Positions 27,921 through 39,672 of a stretch of 64,000 nt of DNA are shown piece by piece. The position numbers and the translations under genes are program-made. Source of the stretch: Octopus bimaculoides (lineage: Eukaryota); the NCBI RefSeq assembly GCF_001194135.2, contig NC_068982.1, positions 37,708,046 to 37,772,045 on the forward strand, written 5' to 3'. The notes below the pieces were generated by a model. It was not told the DNA's origin. It did no database searches and worked only from the letters and a program-made list of their open reading frames with translations. The first letter of the stretch is position 1. Every line of letters begins with the position of its first letter.

Positions 27921-27922
<2 letters not shown>
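27486..27922 (+). mobile_element. 5'-truncated RTE-clade LINE 3' end (third family) with GAT tail
   Basis: EMVILRRTERAMVREMYGVKLFDKRRTEDLMGMLGLEES…RWYGHVLRRDEEHV, then cccccgttaacaaggacaaaacc…(GAT)n. Flanked by TA microsatellites. Confidence 0.85.
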
Positions 27923-27964
<42 letters not shown>

Positions 27965-28833
27965 TCATCAGGCAGCATGCATATATAACAAATAATATAA
28001 TTTTTATAATTCATTCAAATTAATCTTTGATTCCTATATGTTTTGTCAATTTAATTTACAAATGCAATCATTTTGGTATGGCATACTATTCTAATAATTT
28101 TTATTGTAAAGATTTTTCTCTTTCTCTCCATTGAAATCATATCTCTGTGGATCTCAAATAAATATTAAAATTGTTAATTTATTAACATATAGATTTTATT
28201 CCATACTTTCTAGATATTTCATTTCAATTAAGCATTAAACTAACATTTAATCATGATTGTCTTCATTATCAAATCATAATATTTTGATAACCTTACTTTT
28301 TATTACTTTTAAATACATATTGTTCTCATCATTGTAAGTTTATTCACAACTACTTCCTGGCTGTTTTCCTATAAAACACCAACTTCACTATTGTGTTTTT
28401 GTTAGATTTTTCCTACTATACTTATTTCACTTGTTGCAATATATTTACTTTATAAAGTCACAGCTTAAAGGAGTTAAACATGAGTAATATCAAGAATAAT
28501 ATTAAGTTTTTCTTATAGTGGTACAAAGACATTTTTATAGGAAAAGGGTATGGCTGAACTGAATCAATCCCCATTAAATGCCTCGTACTTATTTGAATGA
28601 TGAAAGTAACCTAAAAGTATAAATGAATGCAAAATATCCTTGCAGTACTTAGTCATGTCCTTTTACTTTCTGAGTTCAGTTCCCATCAATGTCAGCCTCG
28701 CTTTTAATCCTTCCAGATCATTAAAATAAGTACAAATCGAGTACTGATACTTACTTTACTCTCCCACCAAATTTTAGACCATATATGTAAGTTAAAAATT
28801 AGTATTATGATCAAAATTATTACTATTATTATT

Positions 28834-29010
28834 AAGGCAGCAAGCTGGCAGAGTCATTAGCACACCAGGCAACATGTTCAGTGGCATTTTGTCTGTCTTC
28901 ATGTTCTGAATTCAAATTCTGCTGGGATCGAGAAAATTGCACACTGGGGTCGATGTAATCGACTAGCTCCCTTCCCCAAAATTTCAGGCCTTGTGCCTAT
29001 GAAAGAAAGG

Positions 29011-29066
<56 letters not shown>
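28834..29066 (+). mobile_element. SINE family A with (TTA)n tail, internally deleted
   Basis: aaggcagcaagctggcagag…ctggggtcgatgtaatcgact…gccttgtgcctat + (ATT)n. Confidence 0.85.
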
Positions 29067-29069
29067 CAT

Positions 29070-29365
29070 TTATGGACTCTCCTGTCGAAGACGACGTATG
29101 AGTGTTCAGCTTTTGCTGAATGACCTGCACAAGTGATTTGTTTATAGTAATCAAATGTTTGTGCTACACATTAACTCATACCCTTCATCAAATCAACATT
29201 GCCTGAACAGCTGCACAGTGTACCATGCGTCAGGTGTCAAAGTGACCACAGAGATGAAGTGAGATGAAGTGTTTTGCTCAAGAACACAATGCACCACTCA
29301 GTCTAGGAATTGAAACTATGATCATGTGATCGTGAGTGCAACACACTAACCACTAGGCCATGCGT
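29070..29365 (-). mobile_element. tRNA-derived SINE family C
   Basis: Minus-strand head gcatggcctagtggttagtgtgttgcactcacgatc…gtttcaattcc (A/B boxes), followed by tgtgttcttgagcaaaacactt. Confidence 0.75.
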
Positions 29366-29374
29366 TTTTCATCT

Positions 29375-29414
<40 letters not shown>

Positions 29415-30706
29415 ACATTATTATTAAGGTGAGCATGTTCTGAGGTCAAATTCCTTTATGGTTGATTTTTGTTTTTCATCCTTCTGGGGTCAATAAAATA
29501 AGTACCAGTGAAGAATTGTAGTGGGGATTAAATCAATAAGCATTTCCACTCTGAATTTTTAGCTTTGAGAAAATGTAGAAAATCATTATTAATATGATGC
29601 TAATAATTTAATAGAAATGTTAGAAAATGGAACTAAAATTCAGCATTGAATTTTGACCCTTTACATTCTATGTTCATATAGATTCATTATTGATTTTGGT
29701 CCCTTATGTTCCTGGAGTCAAAAACTGAGGTCAATGCAATTGACTACACACTCCCACAAAATTTGTTTCCATGTTACAAAGTAGGAAATTAACATATGCA
29801 GTAGAACAACAAGCAGAAGGCCTTGAAGTAATAAGTTATTTTCCTTTACATTCTAAGTTCAACTCCCAACAGGTTACTTTGACTTTTGTCTTTATGTCAA
29901 CAAAAAAAAAAAATTCCAGACAAGTGACACATATTTTCCTCACACTTTACAGCCTTGATTGAAATTGTCATCACTATTATTATCATCCATCTTTTGCAAA
30001 TGATCTGGGTCAAAAAGAATGACTCAACTTGAGTTGGTCCAACGGCAAAAGACCATGGCTACTGCTGCTGTTTACAGTGTATCGCTGGTTGTAGCCCTAG
30101 GCATTGTCAGAGCAGAAGCAAACGAAATTGCCTTGGCCTCAGTGATCAGTACTAGGGGCCAACCAGAGATCAATAATGACTGAGAAGCTGGATGAGAGGT
30201 TTCCTCCTCCAGTACAAGACCAGCCAGAGCTCTGAGTAGCAATAATACTGCTCCATTGTTTTGTAGTGATGAGGACAGAAGTTTGGGGAACTGTCAAAGA
30301 CTGTTTGAAAAATGAGGCAAAAAGATATAGAAGCAAAAAGTAAACAAAAGGCTAGAAGTCCCCCAAGAGAGAGTGGCTGAACTATATGGTACTTTGAAAG
30401 GATTTAATGTTGATCCTAAAAGAGGAGGAATCAAATACTGAGCTAAGTGAGGAAAAGATGGTACAAAAGTACCTGGCACCTCAAGTTGAAACAGTTGTTA
30501 AAGATGACATCAACAGTCTGTTAACAGCTGTGGGATTACAGCTCAGTGTATATAAGTCCTTCATGGCTCAGCTAAAGTTGAAAATGTTTATAGGCAATTC
30601 TAGAGCATCCAGTTTGCAGAAGGTGATCATAGTGGAAGGTGGGTTGGTTATCCTTATTTGTATTCATTTCAGGTATTGTACTATGATTTTGCTCCTCTTC
30701 TTCTTC

Positions 30707-30749
<43 letters not shown>

Positions 30750-31008
30750 ATTTTGCTCCCCTTCTTCTTCATTATATATATACATATATCTGTAAATAAT
30801 AATAATAATAATAATAATAATATTTTTGTAAGCAATTACTGTACACTAACTAAAGAAATTAGTCTAATATTGGGGCATATAAGCCCTTGATGGAAAAAAG
30901 TGAGTTTTCCGTATGCATGGGATTCAAAGAGGGCTTATATGCTCTACTATTAGACTATTTTCTTTAGTCAATATGTGGTGATCACTTATAAGCTTTAAGC
31001 TTGTGTTG

Positions 31009-31098
31009 CCATCCGGTTTCACCAGTCCTCAGTCAAATCGTCCAACCCATGCTAGCATGGAAAGCGGACGTTAAATGATGATGATGATGATGATGATG
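31009..31098 (+). mobile_element. Very short young RTE 3' terminus
   Basis: gccatccggtttcaccagtcctcagtcaaatcg…ggacgttaaat(GAT)n, near-identical to 33310-33389. Confidence 0.9.
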
Positions 31099-31168
31099 AA
31101 GCTTATAAAAAAATATTATTATTATTATTTACAGAATTGTAAAAACATGGCACTGCTTATGAAATCAT

Positions 31169-31225
<57 letters not shown>

Positions 31226-31348
31226 TCACATGTTTTGTATTATATGCATAGGCCTATGTGGACAATGAAGATAGGACCCTCCTCCTCCTCTTCATGATGA
31301 TGATGATGATGACGATGACGACGACGATAACGACAATGACATTTTAAA

Positions 31349-31389
<41 letters not shown>

Positions 31390-31399
31390 GATTATTATT

Positions 31400-32130
31400 A
31401 TTTCAAGTTTTTATGCCAGTTTCTACAGCACTATTTGGTGTACCTCTGTGTTCCTGAAATGTGTGCAGTATTGTCTTTTGAGGATGTATTACCTCATTGT
31501 TGGATTTGTTTTCTTGTTTCTGCCGTTATCTTAATATAGTAGAGTACGTTCAATTTGTGTTATGTGGTGTTTGTGTTTTAATATGTGTTGTATGGATTGT
31601 ATTATGTTTTTTAATTTTTTAACATTGACTGGTGAAGGTGTATAGTATGTGCTGTATGAGTTGTGTTATTGTATTATTGAATGGTATTTGCAGAGACTGT
31701 GAGTCATGTGAGTTGTTGGTGTTCTAATGTTGGCTATTGATTATGTAAAAGTATATGTTATAATATTTTATTGGGTTGTGATTGTATTGAGAATAGATAC
31801 TGTTATGTGGGTATTGTTATGCTGTTTGGTGGTGACTGTGTAAGGTATATTGTGGAAGTTATTTCATTGGGTGGTGATTGTAAGGATTTGTGTTGTGTGC
31901 TGAGACTGTACTATTTGTGTTGTGCTATTGAATTGAAAGTTACTTGGGTAGAACGTGGACTGTGTCTAACAGGATTGTTTTTTGTTTGAACCACGTGCAA
32001 AGTTGTGAGCCCAGGCATTATTTTATGCTTTTTTTCTTTATCATATCTAGTGTTTCAATTATTATAAGTACTGTTTTCACTTGCGTTTTATGTGGAAGAC
32101 AAATGGGTCCTCACTGTTCAATACATTTGG
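31400..32130 (-). mobile_element. Decayed Penelope-like element (GIY-YIG region)
   Basis: The minus strand is CA-rich and gives NVLYYI…KTILHTFQEHRGTPNSAV, resembling GVVYxI…YIGxTxRxLxxRFxEHR. Confidence 0.4.
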
Positions 32131-32888
32131 TAGAAAAGAAAGTGATTGCAGAAGGTGAGTTAGTGTGAGGTAGAGAAAGGCGTTTGACTATGAAGGCAAA
32201 TACTGGATGATTGGGATGGCTGTATAGAAGACAAAGCAGAAAATGAACATGGGTAAAGTAAAGGAAGAAGTGTGAGTATGAAGGAGGTAAACCAAAATAA
32301 TGATGGTGATAATATGCAAGGAGAGTGAGAGAGAGAGAGAGAGTGATAGCAGGGTGTAATAAGGTAGAGAGTAAGAGATGGTTAGTTGTGAAAATGGTTA
32401 GAAGTATGGAAGGGAGATGTTTGCTGGTGGACCAGAGTATAGATGACAGGTTGTCAGAATAGCGATGGTAAAACAGTGATGTCAGTGAGGAGTGTATAGA
32501 TGTGAACATCTATTTTAATGCAGTACCTCAGCAGGGGTGATCTGCGTATGAACAGATCTATAGGTTTCCCTTATTAAAAAAAGGGGACCAAGTGCAGTGA
32601 ATGGAAGAGAAGGCCACTAGATGAGAGAGTATTCAATTGGTAAGAGGGATAGCTGATGGGAACTTAAAAGGTATAAAATGGGTGAAAGGTCTAGATGTGG
32701 ATACATATTTTGTATCTCAACCTCCATCACAGATTTATTCTCCATTTCACCATGCTTGAACAGGTGGTCAGGTCTTTTTCTAGCATAGTATGCCACTTTT
32801 GGTCATGGTCATTTCTCATCTCTTTTAAGAGATGCAACATCTTGAAATAGACTTCACCACTTCAAGACAAGTCTTTAGTCTTTGTTGG

Positions 32889-32981
<93 letters not shown>

Positions 32982-32986
32982 ATCTT

Positions 32987-33477
32987 TTATTCTTTTACTT
33001 GTTTCAGTCATTTGACTGTGGTCATGCTGGAGCACCATCTTTAGTTGAATAAATCGACCCCAGGACTTATTCTTTGTAAGCCTAGTACTGTCAGTCTCTT
33101 TTGCTGACCCGCTAAGTTACGGGGGACAAACAGACACACAAACATATACATACATACATACATGCATACATACATAGATACATATATATATATATTGCCA
33201 ATACCGTGTGACTGGCACGTAAAGGCACCTACTACACTCTCGGAGTGGTTGGTGTTAGGAAGGGCATCCAGCTGTAGAAACTCTGCCAAATCAGATTGGA
33301 GCCTGGTGTAGCCATCCGGTTCACCAGTCCTCAGTCAAATCGTCCAACTCATGCTAGCATGGAAAGTGGATGTTAAACGATGATGATGATATATATACAT
33401 ATATATATATACAAACAATATATGAGTATCATCATCATCGTTTAACGTCCGCTTTCCATGCTAGCATGGGTTGGACA

Positions 33478-33516
<39 letters not shown>

Positions 33517-33720
33517 AACAATATATGAGTATATGCATATATATATACATGTATGTACATATATGACCAGCTTCTTTCAGTTTCTGTCTCCAAATCCACT
33601 CACAAGGATTTGGTCGGCCTGAGGCTACAGTAGCAGACAGTTGCTCAAGGTGCCATGCTGTGAGACTGAACCCAGAACTGTGTGGTTTGGAAGCAAGTTT
33701 CTTACCACACACCCATGCCT
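32987..33720 (-). mobile_element. SINE family B whose central microsatellite hosts two RTE 3' UTR insertions
   Basis: 3' part at 32987-33150, head at 33563-33720. Inserts at 33197-33389 (+) and 33430-33478 (-). Confidence 0.8.
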
Positions 33721-33929
33721 GATTATTTAATAATGGTTTGATTTGGCTCCATGCAACTTAGAGTTTTGTTGGCTTGTTAAATGAACCTAGCTCACCTGAT
33801 GAGCTAAGTTAATTTTACAAGATAATGATACTTTTAGTTTAATGAAGCTGAATTAAACAAACTTTATATATGGGACTCCTACCAAATGTGTTGAGAGCCA
33901 CTTTATTTTGTTTGTCCACTCTCCTTGGC

Positions 33930-34066
33930 TCCTGTGCAGGTGGCACGTAAAATACACCATTTCGGGCGTGGCCGTTGCCAGTACCTCCTGACTGGCCTTC
34001 GTACCGGTGGCACGTAAAAGCACCCACTACACTCTCTGAGTGGTTGGCGTTAGGAAGGGCATCCAG
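33930..34066 (+). mobile_element. Young RTE 3' UTR fragment lacking its terminal tail
   Basis: Two ~67-bp subrepeats, then ggttggcgttaggaagggcatccag; stops at the fold-back junction. Confidence 0.85.
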
Positions 34067-35550
34067 CTGGATTCCCTTCCTAACACCAACTAACCCAGGA
34101 GTGTAATGGGTGCCTTTACATGCCACCAGCATGGGTGTCATTTGTATGACACCGGTAGTGACCACGACTATGATTTACAAGTGGATGCCATTTACATGGC
34201 ACCATTGATGACCATGACTTTGATGCATGGATGCCATTTACATGGTGCCATTTACATGGTGCCATTTACATGGTGCCATTTACATGGTGCCATTTACATG
34301 GTGCCATTTACATGGGGCCATTTACATGGTGCCATTTACATGGTGCCATTTACATGGTGCCATTTACATGGTGCCATTTACATGGTGCCATTTACATGGT
34401 GCCATTTACATGGTACCATCAACAATCATGACTACGATGCACAGGTATCAAGGACTACAATTCATAGATGTCACTTTCATGGCGCTGCTAATTGCCACGA
34501 CTATGATGGACAGGTGCCATTTACATGACATCAGCATGGCCACAACTATGATTTCACTTGGCCTGATGAGTCTTCTCACACACAGCATATCGCCAGAGCT
34601 CTCAGTCACTTGTCATCACCTCCGTGAAGTCCAACATTCAAAGATCATGGGTCTATTTCTTCCACAAGTTCCCTCCACAGTTAGAGATCAGTACTTCTTT
34701 ACACAGCTGTCCTCATCCATATGCATCACATAACTATACCAAGGCAGTCATCTCTCTTGCACACCACATTTGATACCTCTTATGCCCAGCTTTTCTCTCA
34801 AGATGCTTACACTCTGTCAAGCATGCACACTGACATTGCACATCCACTAACACTGCACAAATCTGCAGCAGTCACAGCCCATGTTTCACTGCCATGTAGC
34901 ATAGCTATTTGCACTCAGGCATCATACAATCTGCCTTTCACTCTGAGGGAGAGGCCCTGCTCATTCTATTCTTATTCTCACAGCTACATTCTCGGAGCAT
35001 CCACCTTTGCTATTGACTTGGTCACCTGGATAACAGAAGCTATCAACTACCTTTAGCTTACCCCACTGGTATTTGATGGAATCTATTGATTCCATCAAAT
35101 ACCAGTGGTGTTTATTGTACTTGTGCGCCTTCCACACACAAAAACTATTTTCCCTGTTAACCTTCGTCTGATATTGCTGTACCTTTTATGTGTCCATAGC
35201 TTACACTGGGTCCATCTTATGGAGTTTCTACCTACACCTTTTCTACAAATAAAGCAGGGCCATCTACCTGAGGGGATCTGTGATTTGTCCACTTCCCTAC
35301 TTACTAAGACTTTGGTTTTTGCTAGATTAACTCTAAGGCCCTTTGATTCTAGACCTTGCTTCCACACCTGAAATTTCTTCTTTTGTCCTGGAAGTGATTC
35401 AGCTATTAGAACAACGTCATCAACATAGAAGAGCTCCCAGAGGCAGCCCATCTTAAATTCCTCTGTTATTGTCTGGAGGACTATGATGAACAGGAGGGGG
35501 CTGATGACTGATCCTTGGTGAACCCCTACTTGTACCCTGAATTCATTGCT
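34067..35550 (-). mobile_element. 5'-truncated RTE LINE (PHD-containing family), tail deleted
   Basis: ORF 35095-35616 reads SNEFRVQVGVHQGSVISPLLF…LFYVDDVV…LRVNLAKTKV. It continues with frameshifts through VVDSFCYPGDQ into the 3' UTR. Confidence 0.92.
34231..34412. repeat. 14-bp minisatellite (GTGCCATTTACATG) x13
   Basis: 13 consecutive units counted, two with one substitution. Dispersed copies near 34186 and 34514. Confidence 0.97.
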
Positions 35551-36497
35551 ATGCACACACACACACATACACACACATACATGTGTGTGTGTGTGTGTAT
35601 TCCAATTTCTCATCAATCATCAAATCTCTGACAAATAATTAAAAAAATCACAAATCATCAACAGCCAAAGACAACCACCAAATCTCAAGAGACCTCTAAC
35701 AAAGACAAGGTTTACATCAGAGAAAAAAAACTAAGTAACAAACTGTGGACTTGTGAAATAATTGAATAAGGAACAACCAAAATATTCAAGAATGGGAAGG
35801 AATTGAAACTGAATGCACACATAAATTGCAAAACAAAAGATCTCACATTCCCACATTGTAATGAGAATTACATTGGAGAAACGGACAAAACTAACCAGTC
35901 ATGTAAATGTGCATAAACAACATATTAAGACTCATCTCTTAGAAATGTTCCATGTAGTGACCTTCTCCTCGAGATATTCTGTAACAAAAGCTGAGGGATA
36001 CCTCACTCCCAGTGGTCTTCCAGCATGCCAGACACCAACCTGGTATTAGTGAGGGCCCATACTATTACTAAATAGTTGCTGAACCTACCCTAGGTTCTTC
36101 TGTCTTTTTGACAGGCCTGGTATTTAGTCCTCCTGGGTTTCTAGCAACCTTCCTCACCAGGCAAGTTTAGTAGTGGTGCCAGTTTAGTCACCAATGACCT
36201 GATTATGCAACAGGTTGTACTAGATTCCATGTTACCAGTAGCACTCATGAGAAATATTCACAAGTGACGTGTGGAGTGGTATCATTCAAAAACTAAAACA
36301 GTGCAAAGTGCATTGTGAAAAGTAGTGTATAACACTATCTGATACCATGATATTGTGATACATACACATGCACTATATCTTGAAGAGATCGATTGAATGA
36401 GAGAAAATGCTAATAAAGAATTATCCAAAATCCTGACTGCCTTCTTCTTCTTAATATAAAATATCTGTATACCACTTCAAACACATACACACACACA

Positions 36498-36551
<54 letters not shown>

Positions 36552-36742
36552 TTCTCTCTCTCTCTATGNNNNNNNNNNNNNNNNNNNNNNNNNNNNNNNN
36601 NNNNNNNNNNNNNNNNNNNNNNNNNNNNNNNNNNNNNNNNNNNNNNNNNNNNNNNNNNNNNNNNNNNNNNNNNNNNNNNNNNNNNNNNNNNNNNNNNNNN
36701 NNNNNNTATCTGTATACCACTTCAAACACATACACACACACA

Positions 36743-36796
<54 letters not shown>

Positions 36797-37607
36797 TTCT
36801 CTCTCTCTCTATGTATATATATAAAGTGTATATCAGCAAAATTATTCACATTAGTGAAAATAATTGCTGATAAATTTGTGTTCAGAAGAGAAATACATGG
36901 TGGCATTGTGGCATTCCTTGTGACTGGCTATGAGAAATTCACAAATAACTTATTGTTTAGAAATGAAAAAATTTAGTGAGGAATCATACCTGCTACTCTC
37001 AGCTTTCAGTGCGAAAGTTGTATTAGTAAATTTTTAACATTTTACAAGTCTTAAACATCTATGGCATATTATTTAGGCAACATCTTGATTATAAAACCAT
37101 TTGGCTAAATTTTGATAAATGCATTTTCCATTCCCATTTGGTTTCTGTACAATTTGTTTACTTCTCCCTGAGCCTGTGTATGTATCATATTCATGCTATA
37201 TATATATTTATGTACACCAAGAAGACATGTATCTATGTTGATAGGGCATTCAAAATCAACAAATCAGTCAGCAGTTCACAACACTTACCTTTTAAATGAT
37301 GCATACTGTCTAGCTGGAAATAGATACTAGATACAATAGGATAAGAACAACCTGCTGCTGTAAGTAGTGGTGGCACTATAAAATGTATTTGCTTGTAGTG
37401 CTGAGTTTAGCACTTCATGAGGGTCAAGTCTCTGAAGTTGTCCAGTGGTCTTAGTTCACTTCACTTACAATTGTATCTAGAGCTTGGTCCTGAATATGAG
37501 GTACATCTAATGGGTTATAAGAAACAGTTAATTTCATGTTATAGTTATCTTCCAAGGGCATTCACAACCATCAGGTGGATTTCTTATTTGACTGTGATGC
37601 AATACTG

Positions 37608-37745
37608 TATTTAACATTCATTTTCCATGCTGGCATGGACTGGATGGCTTGACAAGAACTGGTGAACCAGGCAGCTGCACCAAGCTCTACTGTCTGCTCT
37701 AGCATGGTTTCTACAGCTGGGTGCCCTTCCTAACACCAACCAGAG
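37608..37745 (-). mobile_element. Decayed RTE 3' UTR copy
   Basis: ttccatgctggcatgg…ctacagctgggtgcccttcctaacaccaacc. Confidence 0.75.
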
Positions 37746-37949
37746 TATACTGGATACATTTTCCAAGATAGCAACACCAGTGAGGTTACCAAGTTACTTA
37801 GACACACACGCATGCATGCACACACACGTGCACAGTGATGCAAACAGGAAAAATAGAACTCAAATATGAGTATATGTATATTTTTATTAATATTTAACTG
37901 ATTAACAGAGTGACTCAAGGTCCGAAGTTTCATGTATTGGCACTTATCA

Positions 37950-38800
37950 AACTACCTCTGTAGAAGTAGTAGATAATTTCTGCATCCTAGGTGACCTAAT
38001 TAGTTGAGGAGGAGGATATACTGAAAGTGTAATTGCTAAAATAAGGATAGGACAGAGAAAATTCAGAGAGCTTTTATTTCTTATTTCTTTATTGCCCACA
38101 AGGGGCTAAACATAGAGAGGACAAACAAGGACAGACAAAGAGATTAAGTCGATTACATTGACCCAAGTGCGTAACTGGTCCTTAATTTATCGACCCCGAA
38201 AGGATGAAAGGCAAAGTCGACCTCGGCGGAATTTGAGCTCAGAACATAATGGCAGATGAAATACTGCTAAGCATTTCGCCCAGTGTGCTAACGTTTCTGC
38301 CAGCTCGCCGCCTTCTTTTATCTCTTGCTAACCAAAGGTCTCCTTCTCAAAGTGAAAGGAAGATTGTATGATGCATGTATATGAACTGCAATGCTACATG
38401 GTAGTGAGATGTGGGCCCTGAATGCAAAGGACATGCAGAGACTAAAGAGGGATGAAACTGGTATGCTCCACTGGAAGTGCCATGTCTGTACATTTGCAAC
38501 AGAGCACTAGTTAGTGTATTGAGAGAAAAGTTAGGCATAACTAGAATTAGATGCAGTGTGCAAAAGAGAAGACTGTGCTGGTTTGGTCATATAATGCACT
38601 TGGATGAAGACATTTGCATAAAGAAGTGCTGATCACTAAAAGTGAATGGAACTTGTGGAAGAGGGAGACCCAGGAAGACATGGAACAAAGTATCAGAGGT
38701 TAATCTCAAGATGCTCTGCTTTATGGAGATGACAATGGACTGAGATATATAAGGCATTGCTGTACTCAAGAAGACCTGCCCACCACAGCAGAATTGATAT
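37950..38800 (+). mobile_element. Decayed RTE LINE 3' coding part interrupted by a SINE
   Basis: Colinear with 49235-49720 (EVVDxF…KFRELL | KGL…KGRLYDACI…WFGH…GRGRPRKTW). Confidence 0.85.
38078..38314 (-). mobile_element. Full-length young SINE family A with 7-bp TSD
   Basis: ggcggcgagctggcagaaacgttagc…gggcaataaagaaataagaa; CpGs intact. CTTTTAT at 38071-38077 and 38315-38321. Confidence 0.93.
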
Positions 38801-39439
38801 CCTAAAACCACCTTGGTAATGCTTGTCCATGAGGGTCTCTGCCCTTTCAAATCTTTTCCCCCCACCAACATTTCATCCCCTAACCCCTATCACTTCCTCT
38901 AATACCTGAGAGCAGAATAAGTACATACTGTACCCCCAGTTTTCTCAGTTACCTTTACTTCCCTCATTTCCATTTACTTACTTTCCTTGCCTTCTGTCTC
39001 CACCAAATCACCTCCTTTCTGTTCCTTCTCTCCTCTCATTGTGCTGCTCTCAATCACCAACTTCTAACTTGCCTGCTATCACCCTCAATACCCTTACATA
39101 TCTATTGTAACTCCTTCCTCCAAGACTCTCCTATATTTCTCTCTGTCATTTGCTACAATCGCTTCATCCTGCCCACTCACCCAGCCCAAGCCTCTATATC
39201 ATATCACCTGTTCACACAATGACCAAGTGCATGTCTCAACACATCTCTGCCATCATCTTTCTCACCATCACTTTATCTTATTCTCCAACTCAACTCACTT
39301 TCTTTTGTTTTTCTATCTGGGGTATCCATTTATTAACTCTACAGCAACACACCTATATCTGTCCCCTCTATACCTCAAGTCTCTAAACTGGCACAAAGCC
39401 ACATCCCCACCTTGCAGTTGAGGGGTTCTTTTCTTGCAA

Positions 39440-39672
39440 GATATTTGGTGACTCTGTTGGTGCTGTTGTCACATAAAAAGCACTGGTGATGGTGCCATGT
39501 AAAAAGTATTGGTGACGGTGCCACATAAAAAGCACTGGCACCATGTAAAAACCTTGCCAAAGCAAGCAGTGGAACCTGGAGTGACTCCTGGTCTTACCAG
39601 CATCTGTCAGACTGTCTGACCCATACCAGCATGGAAAATGGATGTTAAATGAAGAAAATGATGACGATGATG
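39440..39672 (+). mobile_element. RTE-type 3' UTR copy with 26-bp subrepeats
   Basis: Three AAAAAGCACTGGTGATGGTGCCATGT-like units (period 26 at 39475/39501/39527), then the cagcatggaaaatggatgttaaatga terminus. Confidence 0.75.

Noticed and set aside
34231-34412. Tandem arrays as possible CRISPR
   Set aside because: The units are head-to-tail with no unique spacers, no cas genes are present, and the context is eukaryotic.
36461-36812. Near-identical ~100-bp sequence on both sides of the gap at 36569-36706
   Set aside because: Typical unmerged contig overlap across a microsatellite; most likely an assembly artefact, not a tandem duplication.
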